Part shown: piece by piece, positions 13,333-27,134 of the stretch
Numbering within the stretch: position 1 is the stretch's first letter
Layout: every line of letters starts with the position of its first letter
From: Octopus vulgaris
Taxonomy: Eukaryota
Direction: 5' to 3'
Assembly: GCA_951406725.2 (NCBI GenBank)
Contig: OX597825.1
Coordinates: forward strand, 52,142,001 to 52,206,000
Length of the DNA: 64,000 nt
Notes under the pieces: model-generated
The model's database searches: none
What the model was told of the DNA's origin: nothing
Seen by the model: only the letters and a program-made list of their open reading frames with translations
Program-made: the position numbers and the translations under genes

Positions 13333-13538
13333 TAAATTTGGCACAAGGTCTGCAATTTTTGAGGAAGGGTAAGTCCATTACATCGACCCCAGTGATCAAC
13401 TGGTACTTATTTTATAAACCCCAAAAGGGTAAAGGGCCAAGCTGACCTTGACAGAAATGAAATCAGAACATAAAGAGAGACGAAATGCCACTAAGCATTT
13501 TGCCTGGCACAGTAACAATTCTGCCAACTTGCTGTCTT
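13035..13538 (-). mobile_element. Two tandem tRNA-derived SINEs, family B, each flanked by (TAA)n
   Basis: Copies at about 13035-13252 and 13330-13538, with B-box-like GAGTTGAAAT and core AAGTACCAGTTGA-CACTGGG. Homologous to 50254-50470. Confidence 0.7.
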
Positions 13539-14204
13539 AATAATAATACTTATAATAATAAAGAAGAAGGAGGAGGGTGTTAATAGTCAAAGACCATGCA
13601 AAGAATTCTTTCAGAAACATTTATCTTAAAACACTTGTATTTTCAAGAATAAATCTGGAAGATTCTATAAATGGCGATATATTGTAAGAAATAGAAGCTG
13701 GCATTGTTCTGTTTTAGAATAACTGACAAAGTTAGAAAATTTTTTAATTATTTTAACCATTCTTTAAATGTCTATTATTGTGACACTTTGAACTGCAACA
13801 GAACAGAAGAAGAATTTTTTGCAGTTAATATTCTCTAAGTTCTTTTGTTCTTTGGCTGGATTTGTTTGTTGTTGTTGCTTTGTTGTTTGATTGTTTGTTT
13901 TTGATGTTGTTGTTGATATTTTTAATGTCGTTTGTGTCTCAGACGATTGGGAATCTGTTTCCGACATGTTATCTAGAACATCATCATCTCCAACACCAGT
14001 TCCAACCTCCATCTTCATTACATCAACATCATTATTATTGTGATCATTGACATCACCATCATTGATATCATTCTTAAACACATCACTGTCACATGGCTTC
14101 CTTTATAACTGTCAATGCATTTCAATCTATGATTTTGTCTGTCTGTCTCCCTCTCTCTTTGTCTGTCTGTCTCTGTCTCTGTCTCTCTCCTTCTCTATTA
14201 CACA

Positions 14205-15300
14205 AACAATCCGAGGTTGCAAGAGGTATTTGAGGACATATTTGATGATTTAATAAAACAAACCAATTCTATCAAAAATAATATGCATTTTAATAAAAGT
14301 TTGTGCCCATTATTGATAAATATCCTTATAAGATGGGGTATTCTGTAAATTTTGCATCAGTTTTGATGATGGTTTCATTAATGAACAAGAATAATTTAAA
14401 TACTTTCAATAAATGGTCCTTATTCATTTTGGACATCCTCTTGACCAGCAGTTTCCAACCTTTTCACTATCAAGGATCCCTTGTTTTGAAATGAGTTTTC
14501 CCATGGACCCCTGTTAATATGATTATCCTTATGTATATATATATGAAATTTGAATTTAGTTCACGGACCCCCCCAGTTCTACCTTTGCAAACCACAGTGG
14601 ACCTGTGGTAACTTTTAATGGAACTATAATATGAATATGTCAGTTAGTCTTCTTTTCAACAATGCTCCAAACCTAGTAGTCCATGTTATTTCAGTCTGGC
14701 TCATTCGGATTCCACAAGTTTGGTGTTACGTAATTGTTAAAATTGCCTGTCATCCATCCTTGGGTTATGTGAGCTTTGTGAGGTGCTGTTCTTGTTGAAT
14801 CATATATGATCTTCTACTGAATACTTCACTCATTCAGGGCTTAACAATGGTCTCCAGTACCTCAATGTATCCAGCAGCATTAATTTCTAAGACACTGTAG
14901 AAAGATGTGAATTGAAATGACCATCATTACACACCACACCTAAAACTATCTCAGCTGCTCATCACTTGAGGATGGGAACATCAGAAGAATCAGCAAATAA
15001 CCATCTGTGATTTCTCCAGTTAGATTTTTGGTCTTAGTTAAAGATTTTTCCCATTCATTGATAATCACTTGGCATACATCAAATGGTTTCCCTGTGAATT
15101 TGCAGAAATAAACTGGCTTCTTCTCATATGACTTGTGTTAAATATTCTCATGCACTGCAGTTCTGATAGTCCAATTTGACATCTGATGTCCTTTGCTGAT
15201 GGGCCTCATTGATTTTTTAGAATAATCGCAGATAATGTTTCGAAACTGCTGGAAGAATTGCAGTGTCCTTATAGTGTCCAGACTTTCACAATATTTTCTC
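14205..15300 (-). mobile_element. Decayed Tc1/mariner (maT-like) transposon, interrupted
   Basis: Reverse-complement similarity to 17706-18810, including GCTG-TACATTGAGGT-CTGGA-AC--TGTTAAGCCCTG and the terminal GTCCTCAAATA segment. Confidence 0.6.
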
Positions 15301-15748
15301 TTTTTTTTTTGTTCTCTTTGAAAAAGTTTAATCATTCCCACTAGAGATATCATATTCCATCTAAAACTTGTGTACAAAAAATTTTGTAATATTTAGAAAG
15401 CTGACAGTTTTTAAATTGCTGTGTTCTGCCTATATGGCAACAATACATGCATATCTTTTCTTGTGTTAGCATTTTATCTATCAAGTAAGATCTAAAAGAA
15501 ATAAAAGTATTTTAGTTCGTTTGAAGAGAGCAATATACTGATAATTATATGTCCTCATACTCCATACACACACACTCACACTATATATGTATATATACAC
15601 ACACACACATACACACACACATATATATATATATATATTGTTGTATTTGGGGATGGTCATGTTGCCAGTTTAGCCAATAAAACACACGCACTCTATATTT
15701 GGTGTTAATTTGCTTCAGTTTTATTTATTTTTACGTTAATCGTATTTC

Positions 15749-15793
15749 GGCCAGAGTTCTTTTGTCACATTTCTATGACCTCATCAGTGGTTC
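15749..15793 (-). ncRNA. Minimal type I hammerhead ribozyme motif, decayed (GAAA to AAAA)
   Basis: acca-CTGATGA-g-gtca...tgac-AAAA-gaac-TC-tggcc in the inverted PLE repeat. Confidence 0.6.
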
Positions 15794-17186
15794 TTTGCTT
15801 TCTTCTTTCTTATTTGTGTGTCTTTCCTTACTAACAATCAGCCATTTTATACTTTATATTCCTATTTTATGTGTCTTTATTTGTGCATGCATATACCCCT
15901 ATGGCTATCCCATAGGTTTGCCAAACCTATGACCTCCAAATACCTGATCCACCAGAACTCAGCTATCACGGAAAATGCCAAATTCAATATATTGATGGCA
16001 GACATCGTCAGAATAATGTGAAATGTGTTCTGCATGTGTGACCCTACAGAGTTAAAGAGACACTTACAACATTTTGTTCACTGCATGCAGTTCTCAGGTT
16101 ACAGCCATAAAGAAAGGATCAGAGTATACAAAGGAGCCATGAGGAAATTCGAAACTATCATACGTAATGATAGGAATGGGATTTGCCCACTCTATAGGAA
16201 CAAGTCATGGGACACCATTGAAAGGACTAAGAAGAAAATAGGGAAGGCCAACTCAAGGTTTGATAGCCACAAATACCAGAGTGTCATGTTTGTCGACACC
16301 ACCCCTAGAGACAAACTGGCGTACTGCTTTAGAAGGGCCTTAGACAAACTTAGGCTAAGAATTAAGGTTGTTGAAATGCCTGGCAACCCTATCAAATTCC
16401 TAATCGGTAGAACCTACTCTTTTAGTAGAATCCCCTGTACTGTATGGAAATTTAGCCCACAAACAAATTGTAAAGCCAGAAATGTAGTCTATAGTATAAG
16501 ATGTACAGAAGGACGGTGCAGTAACAAGACAACGACATACATAGTGGAATCAGCACAGAGCATAGGAGAGCATGTAAATGAGCATTGAAGGGAACTTAAG
16601 GAAGAGAAGAGCTCATTGGTTCTGTACAAGCATGCCAAGCAGGAACACAGGGGCTTGCTCAACAACATAGAAGTTAAAATCTTGTCCAGACATAGAACAG
16701 ATGCAACGCTTAGACAAATTACAGAAGCTACACGCATAATAGAAGATAAACCTGGCATGAATAGGAAAATGGAATGAAACACTAGCACACACACCCAACA
16801 CACCACAACATATGACAGAATAAGATCCCCATAAACTGATAACAATATGAACAAAATATAATACAACACACAGATAAACAAATGGAATTAAATAACTATA
16901 TAAGTTAACAAAATTAAATACAAAAAGAGAAAGAATAGAAAAAAATAAGTAGGTATAAGCACATGAACAAAATAAATAAAAACAAATTAAACGAACATGT
17001 ATAAACCGGGGATACAGATAATACAGACTCCCCCCTCCCGACACACACACACACACATTTACTAAACATAGACGCACATAGAGGTATACGCATGTGCAAA
17101 TAAAGACACATACAATAGGAATACAAAATATAAAATGGCTGATCGTTAGTAAGGAGAGACACACAAATAAGAAAGAAGAAAGCAAA

Positions 17187-17231
17187 GGACCACTGATGAG
17201 GTCACAAGATTGTGGTGAAAGAACTCTGGCC
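17187..17231 (+). ncRNA. Minimal type I hammerhead ribozyme motif, core intact
   Basis: ggacca-CTGATGA-g-gtcac-aagatt-gtggt-GAAA-gaac-TC-tggcc. Stem I cca/tgg; stem II with G-U pairs. Confidence 0.7.
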
Positions 17232-17404
17232 AAAATGAGATTATGATTAATGTAAAAAACAAATAACACTGAAGCAAAGTAACACCAAATATATAGTGCG
17301 TGTGTTTTTTTTGGCTAAACTAGCAAAATGATCATTCCTAAATAGAACAATATCTGTTTCAACACACGATTTCACATCAAGAATCTTGCAAAATTAATAT
17401 ATAA

Positions 17405-17443
<39 letters not shown>

Positions 17444-17485
17444 AAGAGAGAGAGAGAGAGAGAGATACACATGCACACACACACG

Positions 17486-17545
<60 letters not shown>

Positions 17546-17705
17546 ATCCAAACAAGAAAGCACAAAAAACACAACAATGTGAGGACGTGGAACAAATATA
17601 GTATTATTGGACACTCAATACACATATATATTTGTCTTTTGTAGGGTGGGGGTCATTGTTGCCTTTTTTGCAAACTCTGTCTAATCTTTGTTTCAGAAAA
17701 TAATA

Positions 17706-18810
17706 ATGGCAGACCCTCAGCTTACTCAAGAAATGAAGAGGCATGCTGTTATTGTGTTTATAAAGGCTGAGCATAGTGATTTAGAAATATCTCAATTTTT
17801 AAAAGTTCTCAGATCTTTTGTCTACAAAGTTTTCAAGGAGTTAGAGACTGAACATTGAAACATATCACCAGTATCAAAGCATAAAAAGCATTCTAAGCAC
17901 TCTGAAATCATCAGATCGCTTGAATCTATCCAGCAAGTTCAACAGACCATTGATTACAATCCCAGAAAGTCCATGAGGTTAATTGCAAAAGATCTTCATG
18001 TATCAGAAGGAACAGTCAGAAATGTTGTCCATGATGAGGAAAGGTCAATTAGTCAGAAAAATTAAAAGAAAATCACTACATCAGATCTAAAAGGCTCTTA
18101 AACAAACCTTAAAAATCCAGCAGAAGATTTGATTTGGTTTTTCTCAAACAAGAAAAACTTGACAGATGATTATGTTCAGACCCTTCTGAAGTTCTAAGTG
18201 TTATGCATACAAAGTTTCCTGCAACTGTCATGGTTTTAAGGGTTGTCAGCAATAAAGGACATGTGATGCCTCCTTACTTCTTTCCACAAGGCCTTAGTGT
18301 TAACTCTGCTGCCTACATTGAGGTCCTGGAAACAACTGTTAAGCCCTGGATAGACATTGTATGCAATTGAAGGCCATATGCATTTCAGTAACACTCTGCA
18401 CTATCAAACATGGCTCTAGTAACACAAGAGTGGATGGCTGAAAATTTTCATGATCACATAACCCCTAACATTTGGCTTCCTAACTCCCTAGATCTCAATC
18501 CATTGGACTGTTACATGTAGAGCGTTGTTGAGAGAGAGGTCATAAACACGCCCTTAACACCAAAGTTCCTTTGAAAACTGCCACAGGCAGAGTAGTGTCC
18601 AAAATGAAGCAGACCACTTGATTCAAGCATGTAGATGATTTAGATCTCATATAGAAGCAGTAGTTGAAACTGAAAGTGGCTTTATTGAATAACATTATAG
18701 AAAAGAATGTTTATTTTTATCCTCATAGCATTTTTTTATCAAGTTATTATCTGTTGTTATACATCTGTTTTTTTATTAACCTAAATTTGTCCTCAAATAT
18801 CTTACTGAAA
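17706..18810 (+). mobile_element. Decayed DD37D (maT) Tc1/mariner transposase gene and 3' end
   Basis: MADPQLTQEMKRHAVIV HTH-like start. FQ*(H)SA...WLPNSLDLNPLD has 37 residues between the second and third catalytic positions. Stops and frameshifts. Confidence 0.8.
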
Positions 18811-18855
18811 CAATTAAAAGAGTAAAAGGGTGAAGAGAGTAATATGTACATATTC

Positions 18856-19179
18856 AAAGACTCCGCCGGTTACGACGACGAGGGTCCCAGCTGATACGAT
18901 CAACGGAACAGCTTGCTCGTGAAATTAACGTGCAAATGGCTGAGCATTCCACAGACACGTGTACCCTTAACGTAGTTCTCGAGGATAATCAGCGTGACAC
19001 AGAGAGTGACAAGGCTGACCCTTTGAAATACAAGTACAACTCATTTTTGCCAGCTGAGTGGACTGGAGCAACGTGAAATAAAGTGTCTTGCTCAAGGACA
19101 CAACGCGTCGCCGGGAATCGAACTCACAACCTTACGATCATGAGCCGAATGCCCTAACCACTAAGCCACGCGCCCTCAC
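18856..19179 (-). mobile_element. tRNA-derived SINE, family C (CpG-rich, probably young)
   Basis: Head TGGCTTAGTGGTTAGG...GAGTTCGATTCCC followed by GTGTCCTTGAGCAAGACACTT. Confidence 0.8.
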
Positions 19180-21931
19180 ATGTACATATATATGCACACA
19201 CACACACACACACACACATACACACACATTCCCTAGGTTTCTGTCCTGCCTTCATCCAGTAATACTCTTCTCTCCACCCTCTCTTTCATTGATTATTCCC
19301 CCTACACCACCATAAATCTTTCCTTCTCCTCATTCTCTCCTGCATTCCTATCTCTTCCCACTCACTCCTCTAATCTACTCACCGGCATGTCATCTTCCAT
19401 GTCTTTCTGTTAACCTTATTGACATCATGATTCTGCTGCTCTATGCTGGACATCATCTCCTACTCTTCCTTTCCCTCTTTTTGCATTGCTGGTGGTCACT
19501 TACAACATCCTCCCTCACCTGTTCCCAATTTCACATCCTTCATACTCTTTTGCAATATCCACCCACCCTCTCACTCATGGTCTTTATGCATCCAATCATT
19601 TCTGTCTACCCTATACCATGAAGATCCACCCTGGCACTATCATCACTAATTTTATCTCTTTCCAGCTGCTGATCTCTCCTTCAGTAATAGTCACATATGT
19701 GAGTGGTCATCTAGCTCATTTATAATAAGAAACCTGCTCTGCTCTGGTCTTTTTACTTGTACTCTTCATCTCTTAGCATAAAGCTGCCTTCTAGGGGTTC
19801 ATATGCCAATAGAGTAGATGGTACAAAGAATGTACTCAAAACATATAGTATAGTGACTGGCAGTAGGAAGGGTATCCAGCAATAGATACAGTGACAAAAG
19901 AGACATGAGGAACAAGAGGATATGATACAGACCTTGGACTTTGTGAAACCATGCAGACCATACCAGTATGTAACATGGACATTAGATGATGATATATACC
20001 AATATGTGTATGAGCATGTGTGCATGTGCATGTATGTGTACATGTACATTTAATACATACATGCAGACACTTATTTACAGACTCATTTGAATATACATAT
20101 ATGTAATATTATTCATAGACTTATATAGTATGTATATGGCTGTTTATAAATGCACATAAGTGCATATGTATTCTGATATCTACAGATGAATATAATTTGG
20201 TTATTCATGAAATATTCTAGAGAGATCCTGCTATTAATCAGTTTTTTTTTCTAATTCTATTTCCAGTACAAATGAGAGATAGTTATTGCATTGGTATATG
20301 TCTGTATATGTGTGTATGTATGAATATGTGCAATTATATGAGTACAACCAATACAGGTACAGCTGAGTGGCTCAGAAGCTCATTTTGCAGTCCTGATGTC
20401 CCAGATTTAATACCAATGTGTGACATTTTAGGCAAATCTCTTTTACAAGCTTTTCAGATCACCATTGCAGTATAAATAATAGAAGCAGGTAGAAATTATA
20501 TGGAAGTCTGCAACGATACCTATGGTATGAATAACCACCATTGTTACTCATTCTATCACATTGTTTATGCCCAAATATTACATTCTGTCTTGGGAATATT
20601 CAGCCACTTAAATCCTAATTAAATGAATGAGTAGTTACATTCATTAAAAAACTAATTACTAAACTCAACAGAGATTAATTTCCTTTAGTTACCTTATTAA
20701 TTAAACTGATCTGGTTATAACCAGTCAGTCACATCAGATAATACAATGATGAATAATTAGCATTTCAGGACTAACTTTAGGTACATCCCAACTGAGCAGG
20801 TTGGGAAGCAATGACGTCCATGTTAATGATGATGATCATGAAAATGATGATGATGGTGGTGGTGGTTATGATAAAGTGGAAAAGGGAATGTTGATGAGAA
20901 TAATGGTGGTAAGGCAGCTTTTGTTGGAGGTGAAGATGGTGAAGAGGAAAGAGGAGAAAGGGATGATGGTGATGTTGCTGTTGATGGCAAGGAAGAGTAG
21001 ATGGAAGTAGTGATGATCAAGAGGAGGATGGTATAATGATTATGATGAGGAGAAGAAGGAGGAGGGCAGAACATTATCAGAAATATTTCAGAGCTTATTT
21101 TTACCAGTACAAAATGTTGTATGCATGTATCTATTCCAGTATTTAATATTTTTAATGCTGTCATTGCTTTTAACACAAAGCGTATTTCATTTTATATTAT
21201 TTCTAAGAGTTCTTTTGTCTAGATTGCGCTTACAGTTCATTTAGTTTTCTGATATATTTTTTGCAGGTAATGCATAAAATTTTAGAGAATGATATAAATC
21301 ATAGGTGTTACACTTTGTACGGTTCTGATTTGCTTAAATTGTGCTAAACAGCCAATCATAAACCTATTGCTGTAGCCATTACTGACAAATATATACTTTA
21401 TTCCAGTAGTTTCATCATGAAGTAAGTAGCTGCAGGCTGGTACATATTAAGAGTACTTTTCACAGGAATGATTTTATGACAGAAATTTCGTATTTAAGAG
21501 GACTGTCACTGTTTGTATTGAGCAGAACATAATTGTTAGTAGGATTCTTGGAAATGGTAGTGGTGAAAGGTTTGGTATATAGATGAGAGCTACCATTCAG
21601 GAAGAAGGATTTGTTATTAACTCTTCACTCATTTAAGTAGGAAATGGTGTGTTAATGACTTCTTCAGGTCAAATAATTCATTTCTTCTACAGCTATACAT
21701 GTGCATGTACACACACATACACAGTATTGTTAACTCTCATTGGATGTTTAAGACAATGTATATTACACTGTTAGCATAAAAGCTTTCCAAGAGATTTGTC
21801 TCTACTTACATGTGATGTCTGTTAGGGGATGCATATATGTATGTGTGCATTTATACATATGCATAAGTGTATACATTTCTCTCTCTATCTCTCTGTATAT
21901 GTAAGTATGTTTATATACATACATGTATATA

Positions 21932-22320
21932 ATCATCATCATCATCATCATCGTTTAGCGTCCGCTTTCCATGCTAGCATGGGTTGGACGGGTCAACTGG
22001 GGTCTGTGAAGCTGGAAGGCTTCGTCAGGCCCAGTCAGATCTGGCAGTGTTTCTACGGCTGGATGCCCTTCCTAACACCAACCACTCCGCGAGTGTAGTG
22101 GGTGTTTTTTACGCGCCGCCTGCACAGGTGCCAGACAGAGCTGGCGAACGGCCACGAACGGATGGTGCTTTTACGTGTCACCGGCACGGGGCCAGGCGAT
22201 GCTGGCAACGGACACGAACGGATGGTGCTTTTACGTGCCACCGACACGGGGCCAGACAGAGCTGGCAACCGGCCACGAACGGACGGTGCTTTTACATGTC
22301 ACCGGCACGGGGGCCAGCCG
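21932..22320 (-). mobile_element. 5'-truncated RTE-type 3' UTR / SINE tail containing about 3 tandem ~58-bp units
   Basis: (CAT)n tail and repeated CACGAACGGATGGTGCTTTTACGTGTCACCGGCACGGGGCCAG. Confidence 0.75.
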
Positions 22321-22800
22321 TTACTATATATATTATATATATATATTATATATATATAATATATATATTATTTTACTCTTGCTCTCTTTACTAGCACAAG
22401 CTTGAGAGCTGAAGCCACCCTGAGGCATTGCCTATGATATTACCACTGATTTTGTGTTTCCAAAGAACTCCTTCTGCAGTTGGTGTTCGATGAATAAGGA
22501 AACATGTTGCATTTCTAACTATGACATTGGTTCATCTGAGATCTCAAACTGAAGATTATCCCTTATCCAGCTGTTTCTTGAATTACATCTGCACTCATAG
22601 AAATATCTTCAATTCTTTGGCTAATTACTGAAATGCAGTGGGTTTTTAAAAGCTTGCTGTATCGGGTCATGAGTTTTGGGACATTTGAGACTATAAATTG
22701 TTGTTCACTATGGTGATGGTCACATGTTCTTCAGCTTGAAGATACTTATGACTTCATGACAGTGAAGTTTTTATTTCTGATAATAAAGTGATATATTCTA

Positions 22801-22831
<31 letters not shown>

Positions 22832-23049
22832 CTCTCTCTCTCTCTCTCTCTCTCAAACACACACAGACACTCACATATGCATATACTCTGTTCCTTGACC
22901 CAGCAAGTTTATATGTTTGTGTGCATGTGTGTGTATACGTAAAGGTATGCATGTGCACCTTTATATATTTAAAACAGTATCAAGTAGCTAGAAGAGAAAC
23001 AAACATCAAGTCTACTAAACAAAAGAGAAGGTGAGGATCTCAATTGTAA

Positions 23050-23970
23050 GATAAGTTGCATTGCAAAATAGTGTATCTGAAATAATCAAGGTGTTGCTGA
23101 AGTCATGTGTGTAGATAATGACTTTGGAAAACTTGCTATCACTGATGCTGGAAAGAAAAATGTCTGGATATGCAACTGTGAGAGTTTGATGCATGAAGAG
23201 ATTTCATGAGTAAGTGAGAATCTAGTGCAAAGGGTTCTCATGTTATAATCTTGTGTTTGTTAAGAAAATTAATGTTAGATGATGGTTCTGTGAGACCAGT
23301 AAAAGCCAGCTACAAAGATGATGTCAACAAGGATAGCGTTACAAATGTGAGTTCAGTGAGGAATATAGCATGCAGGTTTGAGTCTATCAGGCTCAAGCCT
23401 CAGCCTGTTTCTGTTTATTGACACTAAGGTATATAACAGAGAAATTTTAGACTAGTTTTCTTTCAGAACATATATTTTCCAGTTATCCAGGAACATGGTT
23501 GAATCTGGAAAAGATTTAGAAAATAATAGAGATGAAAGTTTAATCTAGATTTAAGAGATTTCAATGTAAAATTAACAAGTACGAAAGTTTCAGTTAGCAA
23601 GAAAATAGACAAGACACTACTGGATCAAAACAATGGATGTGCTTGATTTACAAAAACAGAGTTGACAGAAATTCTACATAATGTGTGCGAATAAACTATG
23701 AATACATAAAAAGTCTAGTGGGATCACTGGCAGGCAAACAGAGGTGAGCCTTGGTGACCAAATTAATAGAGGAAGTGGATATTATATAAACATAAATGAG
23801 AGTGTAGAAGGGGTAGAAAATGTTCAGGAAGTTTTACTTCTGATTAGAACAAAATCTCTCTCTCACAAAGTGGAGGACATATTGTATGATGCTTGTGTAT
23901 GAAGTGCAATATTGCACAGTAATGATACATGGGCCTTGAATGTATAGGATATGCCCAGTCTAGAAAGGAT
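23050..23970 (+). mobile_element. Heavily decayed LINE (RTE-like) RT remnant
   Basis: Remnant motif LYDACV*SAILHSNDTWAL near 23880-23940; no intact frame. Confidence 0.45.
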
Positions 23971-24004
23971 ATAGGAATCAGATTATCTGGCAGTGATCAG
24001 GTAT

Positions 24005-24228
24005 TCTTTTACATGTTGCAGTCATTTGACTGCAGCCATGCTGGAGCACTGCCTTAAAGGGTTTTAGTTGAAGAAATCAACCCCAGGGCTTATTCTTTGT
24101 AAGCCTGGTACTTATTCTTTGGCCACTTTGCCGAACCACTAAGTTATGGAAACATAATGTCATCAACATCAATTGTCTGTTGTCAAGCAATGGTGGGAGG
24201 ACAAGGACACACATAAATACACACGCAT

Positions 24229-24284
<56 letters not shown>

Positions 24285-24446
24285 TGGGCTTCTTTCAGTT
24301 TCTATCTACCAAATCTACTCACAAGGCTTTGGTTAGCCTGAGGCTATAGTAGAAGACACTTGCCCAAGGTGCCATGCAGTGGGACTGAACCCGAAACCAT
24401 GTAGTTGAGAAGCAGGCTTCTTACCACACAACTACACATATGCCTA
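24005..24446 (-). mobile_element. tRNA-derived SINE, family A, with internal (CA)n
   Basis: Homologous to 3538-3925. Confidence 0.8.
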
Positions 24447-26412
24447 CATGGTATGTGAATAAGTAATAGAACACAGGATTATGTGAGAGTACACCTAGAT
24501 GAGCAAGTGGTTTGTTAGGAGTACATCTGTTGAGTAAAGACTTGTCAAACTCTCCAAGTCAATAGATCTAGGAGAAGATGAAGGAGATAGATTTCAAGAA
24601 GCTGAATCTCATAAATAAAATTATAAAGGAAGACAACTTAAAAGAATATGCCTCGCTAGAGAAGGATAGTCTAGACCACACAAGCATGAGAAATGAAAGT
24701 AAAGCAAGATAGTATTTGAAAGAGTTGGAGTATGCCTCTCTTGCTCATTACTACTCTTCCTTTCTTTTCACTACTATTTCATCTATTATTCAACCTCATC
24801 TATCCCTGTTCTTCACTACCTTCATTTAAACTCAACTCTCCATTATGCCACTTGTGTAACATAGGATGATGTTAATTCTGTCCGTATTCAACATCAGTCT
24901 TGTATGTTATCCATTATCCACTCTCTCTTCTTCTTTCACTATCTATCTCTCTCTTTCCAGCTACTATCTTTATTACTATCCCTCAGTCACTCTCCACTTT
25001 TCCCCTCCTCTACCATTCATAGTGTACAACCATCGCACATTTTCCCTCATTCCAGATACTACATTTTCTATTAGATTGTCTCCATGTCACTTCTCCCATA
25101 ACACCACTCGTGCTTTTCTATCCAGTTACATTACCAATAACAAATCTATAGTGATATTTCAACAAAACACACACACACATACACACACTTTCTCCTGTAA
25201 CACTTTTTTCTGTTGTACTCTGGTTTTCGCATCACATTCTCTCTACAATTTATCCCTAAACTTACTTCTCTCACTGTCATTACAGGATTTTCTATCAGGC
25301 TCTTAATCAGGTTGCCTTAAACAGAGAAAACATAAGTTAAGGAGGAATCGTTAGTCTTTCTAGGAAAACAGCAACCTTCTAATGCTTGGGCTCATAAATG
25401 CATGCAGTACTCATAAAAAGTTGTGAAGCAGACAACATATGGTTGAGAGACTTCTTTAGACTTTTGGAGACACAATATATTCTATAGTTGCTGAGGCTAT
25501 AGGTTCCCAAATTGATTGGTGCTAGGAATGGCATAGAAACCAAACTTGAGAGGAAATGAGATACAGTCCCAAACCTGCAGATGATAGCAGTAACTCAAAA
25601 CAGTATCTGAAGAAGGGCGCTGCAAACCATCCTGCTAATATAGATCTGGAGAAGGGAATGGAAAATAATGATGATTATGATGTGTGTGTGTGTGTGTGTG
25701 TGTGTGCATAATTTATTATGTACCTCTGGAATATTTCTAACTGTATATACATATATGATGTGCAATCATGTACCTCATATGCATGTGTGTGTGTGTGTGT
25801 GTGTGTGTGTTGGGTGATAAACAAGAAGAATGGTTATAAATATATATCTGAATAGAAATATTGCTCTACAGTGAAGAAAAACAGTGAAATCTTCTGCAAA
25901 ATTATTTCTCTGTAGTTGTAGAAATTATTTCTTTGAAATTGTCTAAAAGAAAATGGAAACTGTCTTATCTTCTGTTTTCTATAGAATGAAAAGAAATGTT
26001 TAATGTTTTTATCAGAGTTACACCACATTTTACTGCCAGACCACTTATGCGGTTTGCAATGTATATATATGTATGTGAGTTTATGTTTATATAAATTTAT
26101 CTATGTATATGTGTGTGTGTATGTGTGTAAGCATTAATACTGTATTCACAGATATGTGTCCAGGCATATACACACTTATACATACATGACTATATCTGTT
26201 ACATGCAAACGCATATAAATATGTTAACCTGCATATTTAAATAGATAGATAGATATAAATATTCATACAGACGGGCACACATGTCTGAACACACACACAA
26301 ATACACATACATTCATATACATACATACATACATATATACATACATATATACATCTTTAATAAATGTATAGCTGTGTCTGTTACATTTATGCATGTGTGT
26401 GTTGTGTGACTA

Positions 26413-26466
<54 letters not shown>

Positions 26467-27028
26467 AAGTAACATTTTAGGGCCATTTTCCCTATTAAAT
26501 TGGGGTAATGATTATACATCATTTTTGTGGCAGCATTACACAGGTGGATGCCTTGCCTGATACTAAGCCTTTAGATGCCCCTTATGACATTGCCAGGATA
26601 TGCAGTATCTATCTTAAGTGCTATATATCTGTATGTATGCACATGCTATATAGATACATACTAATAAATATTAATAATAATTATAGACATGTATACACCC
26701 CCCTCCCCCCACACACACATAAGGCACTGATGAGAAAAGATGAATTTAACGACTGGGAAATTTAAGTGCTGACAAATTTACTTCTGCAAAAATGATTTAT
26801 TATCGCCTCCATTTGTCCATGAAACATATATTTATATGAGTTCTGTGAGGAAATTCCTTGATAAAGGAATTCGTAATGATGCATGAAATTTATAGAATAC
26901 TGTTAGAAATTTCCATAATAAAAAGTCCCATATAGTTGGCCTTACCTATTTGATACATAGCAGATCTGAGAGCTGACAAAGAAATTCTTTTGAAGTAAGG
27001 AATTATTGTAAATATCTTAATACTTTGT

Positions 27029-27134
<106 letters not shown>

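Larger units (their letters stand above)
15638..17376 (+). mobile_element. 5'-truncated Penelope-like element with inverted copy of its 3' end at the 5' side
   Basis: ORF 16025-16588 (RT C-terminus plus GIY-YIG, NVVYSIRC...TYIVES) closely matches the 42456-43919 protein. 15638-15903 is the reverse complement of about 17075-17352. Confidence 0.9.

Noticed and set aside
14205-18810. Two inverted maT copies flanking a PLE, resembling a composite transposon
   Set aside because: The copies are strongly diverged from each other and no shared TSD is visible; chance proximity is more likely.
21223-21345. Splice-site-like signals (also near 6467-6523 and 47929)
   Set aside because: Short, phases not consistent with a gene model, and no recognisable protein.
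22120-22320. Regularly spaced repeats resembling a CRISPR array
   Set aside because: The spacers are themselves repeated, the context is eukaryotic and there are no cas genes; it is a tandem repeat in a retroelement UTR.
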